Part shown: positions 1-12,680 of the stretch, one piece after another | Layout: every line of letters begins with the position of its first letter | Numbering within the stretch: the stretch's first letter is position 1 | Made by a program: the position numbers and the translations under genes | The notes under the pieces: generated by a model | Databases searched by the model: none | Seen by the model: only the letters and a program-made list of their open reading frames with translations | What the model was told of the DNA's origin: nothing | NCBI GenBank assembly: GCA_951406725.2 | Contig: OX597828.1 | Span: forward strand, 12,772,001-12,836,000 | DNA length: 64,000 nucleotides | Direction of reading: 5' to 3' | DNA from: Octopus vulgaris | Lineage: Eukaryota

Positions 1-1405
1 AATGAGATGATTTATATTTTTATCAAACATTTTATAACCGTACTGTGCATTACTGAGCAATTTTGAGAGAGGTATTAAGGCTAAACAAAAGAGGAGTGGT
101 GATAGTGAGTCACCCTGGAAAGTGTCACATGAAATTTTTACATCACCAGCATTTAGAGATTCATTGTCACTGTTCAAAGTTAGTGTGGTTCTCTATGATC
201 CCATACTTACAGATAAAAAGTTTCGCAGAGTAGGCGCCATTTTATACATTTCCAGGCATTTCTTAATCCAGATATGTGGTAGGCTATCAAAAGCTTTTTT
301 TACAGTCTATCCAGGCTATTGACAAGTTTTTGTGTCGTTTGTGACAATCTTCTAAGATCATCTTATTGATGAGTAGCTGATCTTTACAACTATAGGATCT
401 ACGTTTACATCCTTTTTTTTCATTAGAGAATATGCTGCTTTCTATTAAAAAACTATAGGTATATTCAGACAGGACAGATGTTAGCGTTTTATACATAGTT
501 GTTAAGCAGGTTATGGGTCTATAGTTTTTTGGTTCATTTGTTTCTTCACTTTTTGGAAGCAGGAATGTTAAACCATTAACTAGCCAAGGAGGCATCCTAC
601 TAGGGTGTTGCAAAACATCATTGTAAAGTTCTGTTAGCAGTTCATGGCTCTCTGGGAAGGCGTTCAACCAGAAGTTAGGAATGTTATCCTTTCCTGGAGA
701 CTTCCATTTGCTTGACCTCCTGAGAGCAGATCTTTTATCTTCTACCTTGACACCCTCCCACTTCTACCTTGACACCCTCCCACTTCTACCTTGACACCCT
801 CCCACTTTTGCTCCCCTAAGGAGTCCAAGTCTGTAGATATTCTATCAATCGTTGTGTGTTTTCTTCTGCCCAAATTTTATTCCAAAATCCCTGCACTTCT
901 TCTTTTTATGGTACAGACTTTACAGTAACCGGTGTTTTTTCTATCTTCCTGTAAAATTTTTTTGGATTATTTTTTAACATGTTGTTGTCATTGAAGAATC
1001 TAACACGTTTTTCATACCTCGCTATGCGGGCAGCTTTAGCACATACCTTTTGCTTGATGGTTTCTATGGTGGCATCAATGTCAAGTATGATTTTCATATA
1101 TTTTTTCTTTAATTTTCGGGTTTTTGTAAGTTTGGTAGTCTTGTCAAACTTAAGGTTTTTCGAACATTCTATGTCAGACCTAAGTAGCTTAATTTAGTAT
1201 TGGATACGCTCTTGCCAAGGCTTTTTGTGGGAATGTTGCCGTTTTCTAATCTTTTCACCACATAGAATCGTTGAGATTTTCGCGGATGCATAGTACAGGT
1301 GGTAGAGATCTGTGATATCAACATCATTAGCTGAAATTATATCCTTAAGTGCAAGGCGGATTTTACCAATTATTTTCAGGTTTTAATTAGAATTGCGGAT
1401 TTTTA
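1..1405 (-). mobile_element. Decayed non-LTR retrotransposon (R4/Dong-like), reverse transcriptase region; runs off window start
   Basis: Minus-strand translations give RT motifs PKNYRPITCL, KGC, WID.KK.FDS and FQGDSLSPLLFCL, ending in INHLI at the window edge just before the expected YxDD. Frameshifts and stops are present. Confidence 0.9.
739..807. repeat. Three tandem copies of a 22-bp unit inside the LINE
   Basis: CTTCTACCTTGACACCCTCCCA at 739, 761 and 783. Confidence 0.95.
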
Positions 1406-1447
1406 TTATTATCATTATTATTATTGTTGTTGTTGTTTTTGTTGATA

Positions 1448-1576
1448 AGGCGGTGGGTTGGCAGAATCGTTAGCACACTGGGCGAAATCCTTAGAGGTAT
1501 TTCGTCCGTCGCTACATACTGAGTTCAAATTCCGCCGAGATTGACTTTGCCTTTCATCCTTTCGGAGTCGATAAAT

Positions 1577-1582
<6 letters not shown>
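1448..1582 (+). mobile_element. SINE family B (tRNA-derived, Deu/Nin-like central domain), 3' truncated at (TTA)n
   Basis: TGGCAGAATCGTTAGCAC head, GAGTTCAAATTCC B-box, GCCTTTCATCCTTTCGGAGTCGATAAA domain. Confidence 0.85.

Positions 1583-1644
<62 letters not shown>
1581..1644. repeat. (TTA)n microsatellite, tail/target of the adjacent LINE
   Basis: Direct reading. Confidence 0.95.
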
Positions 1645-1647
<3 letters not shown>

Positions 1648-2981
1648 TAGTTTTATTTTTATAGCATGCTGTCACTTCACTACCGAGCGCAGCTCTGTGT
1701 GCCTTGGGTATGTGCTGTGATTTGTTGTGATGCTCTGATAGTTATTGTATGGAGAGTGTTCTGCGTAGGATGTGTGCAGTGCCTAATAGTGCAATTTTCT
1801 GTATGTTATATGTGTTTGTAAGTCCTGGTGTTTTTGTTATGTATTTGTCTGAATATTTTTTTATCATGCCTAATGCACCTATTATGATAGGAATTGTTTC
1901 TGTTTTTAGATTCCACATTCTGGTTACCTCTATTTCCAGGTCTTTGTATTTTGAGAGTTTCTCCATTTCTTTTAGAGACACGTTGTCATCCGCTGGTATT
2001 GATACATCAATTAGGAAACATTTTTTTTCTTCATGATCTCTGACAACTATATCTGGTCTGTTGGCCTTAATTTCTCTATCTGTGTGTATTGGAATATCCC
2101 AGAGTATGGTTGCTTTCTCGTTTTCTGTGACCTTTTCTGGTGTGTGCCTATACCATCTTTTTTCTTTTGTTATTTCATAATGTTGGCATAGTTTCCAGTG
2201 TATATAGGTCCCAACTCTGTCGTGTCTGTGAATATATTCCTTCTTAGCCAGGACTGGGCAGCCAGAGATAATATGATTTATTGTTTCTTGTCCATCTCCA
2301 CATATTCTGCAGTTACTTGTTATATTTCTTTTTATTACATGTTTTTGGTAATTTCTGGTGGGAAGGCTTTGGTCTTGTGCTGCAATTAAAAATTCCTGTT
2401 TCTGCTTTGAATCCTGAGCTTCTCAACCATTGATGGGATTTTTCTTTGTCTATTTCTTTTGCATTTAGTTTAGTCCAGTATTTACCATAAAATGGCTTTT
2501 CTTGCCATCGTTTTATCATGGTTCGTTGCTGTTATATTTTTAGTTTGGATTTCATTTGTTTTATAGCTTTTGTTGTTTCTTCATCTTCTTCTTCTTCATA
2601 TTTGTTAGGTGGTATGATTTCTTGTTTGTATTTGTCAGCTTCCTTAAATACTGAGAACTTTGGGTAGAGCACTGCTGTAAAGTAAGCGTGTAGGATTGAA
2701 ATGTATTCCTCACGTGTCCATTTATGCCTTTTTTGTTTTATTTGCGGGACATGAGGAACAGCGTCCGGCCCATTATTTTGACGGTCGTCATTTTCGTAGG
2801 GTACCGGTCCGTTCATTTCTGTTGTCACATTGTTTTGCACGTGTAGTTTTTCGTACATTTTATGTTGTAAGTTTACAGTACGTACTTCCCGATTGTTATT
2901 CTGGGGTTGAATAATACCGGTATTATTTAATTTATTCGTAGTTTTTTGTACATGGTGTTTGGGGCCGGAGAAGATCTGGTG

Positions 2982-2982
<1 letters not shown>
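1645..2982 (-). mobile_element. Internally deleted R4/Dong-like LINE with restriction-like endonuclease C-terminus, flanked by (TAA)n on both sides
   Basis: C-terminal motifs HIISGCPVLAKKEYIHRHD, LWDIPIHTD, ANRPDIVV...LIDVSIP, EKLSKYKDL and PIIIGALG; stop at 1742-1744. N-terminal-type KRHKWTREEY segment joined near 2658; RT is absent. Confidence 0.88.
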
Positions 2983-3043
<61 letters not shown>

Positions 3044-3060
3044 CATTATTACTATTACTG
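2983..3060. repeat. (TTA)n microsatellite
   Basis: Direct reading. Confidence 0.95.
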
Positions 3061-3201
3061 TTATCACAAGACCACCAATTTTAAGGGTAGAGGTTTGGTC
3101 GATACCATTGATGAGTCTCAAATGAACGACTGACTAAATAAAGTACCAGTAAAGTACCGAAGTCAATGGTATCGACTAACCCCTCCCCTCAAAATTATCC
3201 T

Positions 3202-3247
<46 letters not shown>

Positions 3248-4270
3248 AATCATTCAGAGATGCAGAATATGTGAATGTAACTGTAAGAATTCATTTACAT
3301 CAGGAATATTATTTCAAACAGGGACTAATATTGGATATTTTCGACTGTCTGCTTCGTTCCAGGGTTAAACAATAAAGTCGGACGTAATTCTTTGTTTTTG
3401 TAATATTTCCATTTTTATTTTTCTGTCTAACTTCAACTCGAAGCCAATAACGGCGTCTGTTATACGGGAAGAAATTACATTAAACAAAAGCAAATTATTT
3501 GCCAAAAAAAACGTAAAAGTAATATTTATGAATACATAAACAAACGATCGTAAATAGGAAAATATTTTCAATGGAAAAAAATATATAGTATAACAAACAA
3601 CACATATGACAGCAACAGCAGCAGCGGTAGCAGCAGTAGCAGCTATAGCAACAACAACAATACTAGTACACTGCGCTTATTTTGTCAAACGAAAGTGTGA
3701 CAAACTTAGACAAAGCGCCACCGATCGCAGATGTACTTTTGGACAAGAAAACCTTTGATATGAAACATTTTGCTAAAAGGAATAAAATATGGCTGGCGCC
3801 CGTTCTGTGAACGAGATGGTCGCCATTCTATCATAGAGTTGCGTGAGACACAGCAAGTAATGTATCGGGGTCTTGCTAAGGCTACGAAGCCTTGAAGATT
3901 TGGAAACAGACTCGGAAGACACATTAAGTGAAATATCTTTTATTGAAAGTGGAGGTCGTGTGGTGCAATCTGCGTCATCTTTTAAACAAGGGATGGGGTT
4001 TAAAGTGCCAGCCCAAATTATACAAAACGCAAACATGTATAAAGTAGTCTCGAAATATTTAGAAAGGGGAAACACAAGTGACACCATTAGGGATGCCGAT
4101 GGAGACTTCGAACCCTCCCCCCTCCCTATGGCTGTGTCACTTTCGAGGAACAGTATGGACAGTTGGACAGAGAACTCGAAACGCAAAGCGATATTAGGTC
4201 GAGTGAGAGCGCCGTAGACATATACGTTGTCTCGATTCTCGCAAGACCAAAGAACATCATAGGTGCCCAC

Positions 4271-4341
4271 GAGCATATGGCGTGGTGGTTAAGAGCGCGG
4301 GCTACTAACCCCAAGATTCCGAGTTCGATTTCAGGCAGTGA

Positions 4342-4378
<37 letters not shown>
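4271..4378 (+). mobile_element. Short tRNA-derived SINE with (AAT)n tail
   Basis: A-box TGGCGTGGTGG, anticodon-like arm GGG-CTACTAA-CCC, B-box GAGTTCGATTTC, then GTGACCTG(AAT)n. The acceptor stem does not pair, so it is not a tRNA gene. Confidence 0.75.
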
Positions 4379-4379
<1 letters not shown>

Positions 4380-5228
4380 GGTGTTATGCCCTGCTCGTGG
4401 TACTGAGAGAATGTCCAGAGCAGAAAGCCCAGCTGCTCAGATGATTTAAAAGAGCATAATAACAACAGCTGTAATAAATCATGCACTACCACAGTATAAG
4501 GCTGTACTGGTCGCAATTATAGAGTTACCAACGAAATTGCCCTGTCGTCATTGCCCAGAGCTAAACAAGTGACCCAAAAACTTCTCGCAGTTTCCACCAG
4601 CCGAGACGGTGGAAGTCGAGCATGACTTCAACAACAACAACAGTAACTAAACGACCAGGAAATAACTCATAGCAACAGAGAGGAGGTGGGGCAAGCGTAG
4701 GCTAAAAACAAACAAAAATAAACCCAAAGAAAATCGAACAGGGAATTAAAATGTAGGAAGAGGGGCATAGCTCACGTGAAGAAAAGACGCTCCTCGGCAA
4801 GGAATCCCTTTTTTATGAAAAGAAACTTGCCTCTCGGGAGGAGGAGCACCCCCTCAGGTGACGTCTGTTTCATGTGAAAGTGAATCAATTTCAACTGAAG
4901 TGAAATCCTATCCGAATGAAACAAGTCTTCAGAGTCATTCCAATGCCCGACAAAAATACAGTAGAATCCTTAAACGAAATGCACGATGACAATCCAAACG
5001 AAATATTGACCGAAACAGGAGACAGGATCAAAGCACAGAGAACCTAAGAATAATACAATATTATAAAACCCTTCCTAGAGTGTTTACACCATTTTACATG
5101 TGAACTATTCAAAGTATGCGGACATTTGCTCACCCAATTCATCGGCATCGAACAATTCCAGTAAGAAATTGAAGAGGTATATTAGGAGTGGCGAAACACA
5201 ACCGAAGCAACTGGACGTTTAAATTATA

Positions 5229-5345
<117 letters not shown>

Positions 5346-5484
5346 TCTATTTATCTGTCTGTCCGTCTATCAATCTATCTATTTATCTATCTATCTCTAT
5401 TTGTCTGTCTATCTACCTATAGGTATTTGTCTGTTTATCAATCTATCTGTCTATATCTTTCGGCCTATCTATCTATGAGTGTGT

Positions 5485-5559
<75 letters not shown>

Positions 5560-5560
<1 letters not shown>

Positions 5561-5774
5561 TACTCTTTTCTTTTTACTCTTTTACTTGTTTCAGTCATTT
5601 GACTGCGGCCATGCTGGAGCACCGCCTTTAGTCGAGCAACTCGACCCCGGGACTCATTCTTTTTGTAAGCCCAGTACTTATTCTATCGGTCTCTTTTTGC
5701 CGAACCGCTAAGTTACGGGGACGTAAACACACCAGCATCGGTTATCAAGCAATGCTAGAGGAACAAACACACAA

Positions 5775-5834
<60 letters not shown>

Positions 5835-5991
5835 GACAGGCTTCTTTCAGTTTCCGTCTACCAAATCCACTCACAAGGCATTGGTCGGCCCGGGGCTATA
5901 GTAGAAGACACTTGCCCAATATGCCACGCAGTGGGACTGAACCCGGAACCGTGTGGTTGGTTAGCAAGCTACTTACCACACAGCCACTCCT

Positions 5992-5995
<4 letters not shown>
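5560..5995 (-). mobile_element. SINE family A (tRNA head, CORE-like TTGGGCAAGT domain, internal TA/CA microsatellite), full length
   Basis: Reverse complement of the repeat seen many times in the window: GCGCAGGAGTGGCTGTGTGGTAAG...GAAACAAGTAAAAAGAG. Confidence 0.9.
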
Positions 5996-6045
<50 letters not shown>

Positions 6046-6174
6046 TTATTTATTGTGTGTTACTGTGTTATTTATGTAATTTTCAACTCACCCAGTTACG
6101 TATTGTATACCTTTTTTTCACCTTTCCCCTCGCCTTTGTATAACTTATTTCCCTCACCACACTTATTTGTGACA

Positions 6175-6915
6175 TTCCGGCACTCATTCGTTACAACGAC
6201 AAGGGTTCCAGTTTATCCGATCCACGGAACAGCCTGCTTGTGAAATTAACGTGTATGTGGCTGAAAACTCCACAGACACGTGTACACTTAACGTAGTTCT
6301 CAGCGAGATTCAGCGTGATACAGAGTGTGACAAAGCCGACCCTTTGAAATACCATAAATCCTCGAGTATAGTCCGCCCTTGAGTATAATACGTAGGGGAT
6401 TTTTAGGGGGTTGTACCTCTAAAAAACCTAAACCTTGAGTCGTGCATAATTAAGCCAGCAGCACCTAGTCGAACAAACGCTTCCGCGCATGCGTAATACA
6501 ATAATGGTGATGTTCTGAACTGTTATATGGGAATGTAAGTATTGTTTTCAATTTGTTTTTGTTACATGTTATTCTGTGTTCTGAATACTTTTATTTTAAT
6601 AAATGTTGCTAACTGTAAGTTATAAATGATTTTTCATTGCTTTCAGGCTTAGCTTAAGGTAATTTCGCGCCCGACATCACAAAATGCGTCTGAATAAACA
6701 TTTCTGGACAGCAAATAGAGACTCGGACATTGCTTAGAAAATATTTTTCATTTTTAACCTCGTATATAGTACGCACTAGGGATTTTGACCTTTAAATTTT
6801 TGGGGGGAAATGCGGATTATACTCGAAGATTTACGGTACTGGTACAACTCATTTTTGCCAGCTGAGTGGACTGGAGTAACGTGAATAAAGTATCTTGCTC
6901 AAGGACAAAACGTGT
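6175..6915 (-). mobile_element. SINE family C-related copy interrupted by a MITE
   Basis: 6175-6351 matches the reverse complement of the 3' half of the 19509-19888 SINE; the sequence resumes after 6838. Confidence 0.7.
6352..6836. mobile_element. MITE of Tc1/mariner-pogo type with TA target duplication
   Basis: Left CCATAAATCCTCGAGTATAGTCCGC, right GCGGATTATACTCGAAGATTTACGG (imperfect ~25-bp TIR); TA on both sides. Confidence 0.85.
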
Positions 6916-7039
6916 CGTGATATTCTAATTTGACGTATATTGCATGTTATTGTATTTCATGTCCGTCCTTGTAGGTGATAAAGCGAAGATTATTATTGTC
7001 AGAGAGCAACAACGGGGTGTGCTGGCGGAATCACTAAAG

Positions 7040-7786
7040 CAGTGGTTCTCAACAAGGGTCCGTGTAGCCCCTGAGGGTCCACACAACAAAGGACGCCTGA
7101 AAAGAATTTGTTATAGATGTGGTGCCCCAGCATGACCGCAGCTTTAAAGCTGAAACAAGTTTAAAAGTATGTATTGGTATGTATTGCTAGAAACATTTCT
7201 GTTTCTTACTCTAATATTTTACATACGAGCTGGCAGAATCGTTAGCACGCCAGGCGAAATATTTAGCGGTATTTCGTCTGCCGCTACGTTCTGAGTTCAA
7301 ATTCCGCCGAGGTCGACTTTGCCTTTCATCCTTTCGGAGTCGATAAATTAAGTACCAGTTACACACTGGGTTTGATGTAATCAACTTAATCCGTTTGTCT
7401 GTCCTTGTTTGTCCCCTCTGTGTATAGCCCCTTGTGGGTAGTAAAGAAATAGGTATTTCGTCTGCCGTTACGTTCTGAGTTCAAATTCCGCAGAGGTCGA
7501 CTTTGCCTTTCATCCTTTCGGGATCGATAAATTAAGTACCAGTTACGCACTGGGGTTGATATAATCGATTTAATCCCATTGTCTGTCCTTGTTTGTCCCC
7601 TCTATGTTTAGCCCCCTGTGGGCAATAAAGAAATAAACATTTTACATAGTTAATATGTGAAAAACAAAATAGGAAATTTTAAAGAAACCTCTAAAAGACT
7701 AGTAAACGTTGAATGGCTGTGGGGATTCGCCACAATAAAATCGTAATCAAAGGGGTTCGCAGGAAAAAAATGGTTGAGAACCCTTG
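7040..7786. mobile_element. hAT (Charlie-like) non-autonomous element with nested SINE
   Basis: TIRs CAGTGGTTCTCAAC / GTTGAGAACCCTTG; 8-bp TSD CACTAAAG (7032-7039) / CATTAAAG (7787-7794). Confidence 0.85.
7226..7636 (+). mobile_element. SINE family B, head plus two tandem bodies
   Basis: GAGCTGGCAGAATCGTTAGCACG head; body GGTATTTCGTCTGCCG...AAAGAAATA repeated twice. Confidence 0.9.
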
Positions 7787-8069
7787 CATTAAAGTGTTCG
7801 GATAAACGTCATACAGGATTTGCTTCAACTCTTTATGTTCAGCGTTCAAATTCTAACCAGGGCGAACTTCACTTATTCCTTCCACCCATATATGAGACCC
7901 ACTAGCGTGGAAAGACTGTGTGCCGTCCGGGGAGGCCCTTCCGCTTGCCGTCCCCAGACCCCACAAAAAACACATATTGCCTACAGCAGACCCAATAGTG
8001 ACGCCCCTTTAAAAGTGCCACCTGGTGTGGCAAGTCCCTCCAGCTACGTTTGTAATGTGATCTAATGTA

Positions 8070-8340
8070 CGAGGTGGTGTCAAAAGGTTCTCGGACTAGT
8101 TAGGTTTGATAAAAAAATAACTATTTACCTAAGTTTTAACATCATCGCCCCGAGATAGCAATCTTGCGCAACAATACACCGGTCCCAACGTTCCTTTCAT
8201 TTTTGGAATCCGGGCCCGGAAGTCGTTTTCCGGAAGCGAATCGTCGACCTTCCGCGATTCGTTCTTGATCTTGACAACGCTGTTAAAACGACGACCTTTG
8301 AGGTGCATTTTCATCGTGGAGTAAGAGATGGAAGTTCGCA
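8070..8340 (-). mobile_element. Mariner transposon 3' remnant (transposase C-terminus plus TIR)
   Basis: KMHLKGRRFNSV and frameshifted FQK*KERWDRCIVAQ; ends in a TA-CGAGG-type mariner terminus. Confidence 0.8.
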
Positions 8341-8356
8341 GGCCGCAAGGGGAGGA

Positions 8357-8474
8357 GGCAGTAGGGGCGGGGGCAGCAGGGGCGGAGGCAGCAGGGGCGG
8401 AGGCAGCAGGGGCGGAGGCAGCAGGGCGGAGGCAGCAGGGGCGGAGGCAGCAGGGGCGGAGGCAGCAGGGGCGG
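8357..8474. repeat. GC-rich minisatellite, 8 x 15 bp (GGCAGCAGGGGCGGA)
   Basis: Direct reading; one unit is 14 bp. Confidence 0.95.
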
Positions 8475-8995
8475 TCCGCTCCAAGCGGTGCTTTTGGGTC
8501 TGCTGTAAGCGATATGTATTTTTTTGTGGAGTCCGGGAATGGCAAACGGAAGATCCACCCCGGGCGACACACACTCTAGCTGCGCTAGAGTCTGCAGATG
8601 CTGAATCTGGCGAATAGGGTGGGTGCGGATGCGACGCCATGATGTGTCACGGAATACTCAGCCACTTGCCCGTAAATTTCGTGAGTAAAAACTGAGTGGG
8701 TCGAGTAACTGAATACTCGTTGTCGGGACTGACGGCGAATCCATCACTAAATTATCCACGTTCCGTTTCGTTTTGTTTTAACACTGTAGCTCGTGATCTG
8801 ATGGTGATTTGGCTGTTATTTCTAGCATACCGAGCAGCCGTTTTGAGTACTCCCTTTTTGTTGATTAACCTTTTTGTTGAGCTAACCCATGATCAAAAAA
8901 CATTCCAGCTGTGCCCATCTTGTCTTTTTGTAATCTATCACTAAACTTTTTAAGTGTGTGTGTGTGTGTATGTGTATGTATTCACAAAAATACGC

Positions 8996-9052
<57 letters not shown>

Positions 9053-9053
9053 C

Positions 9054-9084
<31 letters not shown>

Positions 9085-9085
9085 C

Positions 9086-9160
<75 letters not shown>

Positions 9161-9181
9161 TATATACATATATATATATAC

Positions 9182-9256
<75 letters not shown>

Positions 9257-9269
9257 TATTTTTGTGAAT

Positions 9270-9301
<32 letters not shown>

Positions 9302-9673
9302 TCACACATACGCTGTATGTTTATGTATATGCTTGTGTGTACGTGTATGTGTGTGGGCGTGGGTGTTTGTGCGTATGTGTGTGTCAATGACTGTATGTGT
9401 TGGTTAATGACCATGCGTGCTTGTGTGCATGCGCGCGTGTGTGTGTGCGTGCGCGCGTGAGTGCGTGTGTGTGCGTGTGCGTGTGTGCGTGTGCGTGTGT
9501 GCTAAGATTGATTTCTATGCACGAGAGCTCACATACGAGTACGTATATGTATTCCAGCGAACACACATACACACATACGCACATAGACTGTGTCATTCAT
9601 CGTCTGTGTATGTGTGTGTTGGTAATAATTTAAATAGATGTGATTGTGTGTGATCGTGTGTTTGCGTGGCATA

Positions 9674-10267
<594 letters not shown>

Positions 10268-10350
10268 TAATAAGGGTAGAAATTGATATTAATCAATTAA
10301 AACCAGTGGCCCAGCATATTAAAAAAATCCGAAGATTAAAATATTTTTAC

Positions 10351-10518
10351 ATACAAAATTTAAAGGACTGACCACTAAAAGTGGACGGTCAACATGCTAG
10401 ATACAGACGTCAAATCGCTATTTTCCACAAAGAATATTCTTTGTGGAAAATAGCGATTTGACGTCTGTATCTAGCATGTTGACCGTCCACTTTTAGTGGT
10501 CAGTCCTTTAAATTTTGT

Positions 10519-10520
<2 letters not shown>
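10351..10520. repeat. Perfect 170-bp spacerless palindrome
   Basis: ATACAAAATTTAAAGG...AAAGAAT|ATTCTTT...CCTTTAAATTTTGTAT, centre between 10435 and 10436. Confidence 0.95.
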
Positions 10521-11142
<622 letters not shown>

Positions 11143-11368
11143 TATGCGTGTTTGTATTTGTGTGTGTGCGTTTTATCTTCTGTTTGTTTCAGTCATTGGA
11201 CTGCAGCCACGCCGGAGCACCGTTTTGAAATCCTTCCGCCGAACCGCTTAGTTACGAGAACGTAAACAAATCAACACCGGTTTTCAAACGGTGAGAGACA
11301 AATACCAACAGAACAACCTAGAGACACACGCGTCTGCACACACACACACACACACACGCACACACACA

Positions 11369-11423
<55 letters not shown>

Positions 11424-11740
11424 TCGCGCGAGCGTGTGTGTGTATACACGCGTCGAGTTACTTATTCTGCATTTCCGTTAACCAAAGTTTGTAAACAAGA
11501 CATAGAAGGAGTCCGGAGGGTTTATAACAAAAGTCACCAATTTGTCACCAGCATCCAGCATGTGGGATTGAACCCGGAAATACGTGGTCGCGATGCGAAC
11601 TTATTGAAAATTACAAACATGCAAATGACTACAACATCGTATGCACTGAACGAAAGACACGGCCGAGAAGTTAAGAAATTCTGCCCGAAATTATGAAGTC
11701 CTGTGTTCAGTCTTGCTCAATGATATCTTGATCGAGTGAT

Positions 11741-12243
11741 AGGCGCAGGAGTGGCTGTGTGGTAAGTACCTTGCTTACCAACCATATGGTTCCAGGTTCG
11801 GTCCCACTGCGTGGCACTTAAATAAAGCAGCGAGCTGGCAGAAACGTTAGCACGCCGGACGAAATGCGTAGCGGTATTTCGTCTGCCGTTACGTTCTGAG
11901 TTCAAATTCCGCCAAGATCGACTTTGCCTTTCATCTTTTCGGGGTCGATAAATTAAGTACCAGTTACGCACTGGGGTCGATGTAATCAACTTAATCCCTT
12001 TGTCTATCTTTGTTTGTCCCCTCTATGTTTAGCCCCTTGTGGGTAATAAAGAAATAGGTATTTTGTCTGCCCCTACGTTCTGAGTTCAAATTCCGCCGAG
12101 GTCGACTTTGCCTTTCATCCTTTCGGGGTCGATAAATTAAGTACCAGTAACGCACTGATGTCGATGTAATCGACTTAATCCGTTTGTCTATCCTTGTTTG
12201 TCCTCTCTGTGTTGTTTAGCCCCTTGTGGGTAGTACAGAGACA
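11741..12243 (+). mobile_element. Chimeric retroposon: SINE A head fused to SINE B dimer, with one shared TSD
   Basis: GATATCTTGATCGAGTG at 11722-11738 and 12244-12260 flanks the whole composite. Confidence 0.85.
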
Positions 12244-12299
12244 GATATCTTGATCGAGTGCTCCTTATCACACCCCTGATTCTTTATTAGACTTACAAA

Positions 12300-12680
12300 A
12301 GAGGAGAGCAGGCAGAATCGTTAGCACGCCGAGCAAAATACTTAGCGATATTTCATCAGACTAAACGTTCTGAGTTCAAATTCCGCTGATGCTGACTTTG
12401 TATTTTATCCTCTCGGGATCGATAAATTAAGTACCGGTGAAACACTGGGGTCGATGTAATCGACAAGGCCCCTTCCCAAAAATTTCAGGCTTTGTACCTT
12501 TATATAGTAGAAAAGTTATTTCATCCGACAATACGTTCTGAGTTCAAATCAGGCTGAGGCTGAGATTGTCTTTCCTCCTTTAGGGGTCGATAAATTAAGT
12601 ACCAGTCGAGTACTGGGGTCGATGTAATCGACTTACTCCCTCCCCCGAACTTGCTGACCTTGTACCAAAATTTAAAAACA
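12300..12680 (+). mobile_element. Older SINE family B-related dimer
   Basis: Diverged head and two GATAAATTAAGTACC...GGGGTCGATGTAATCGAC bodies. Confidence 0.75.

Noticed and set aside
4160-4190. Cadherin-like LDRE motif
   Set aside because: No accompanying A.D, DxNDN or PxF motifs.
4379-4445. HDV-like ribozyme at the start of the post-(AAT)n sequence
   Set aside because: A wobble-rich P1 can be drawn, but only 11 nt lie between its strands, too few for P2, P3 and L3.
8129-8640. Pro-rich, Cys-rich and RGG-like ORFs in several frames
   Set aside because: Produced by the 15-bp minisatellite joined to a mariner remnant.
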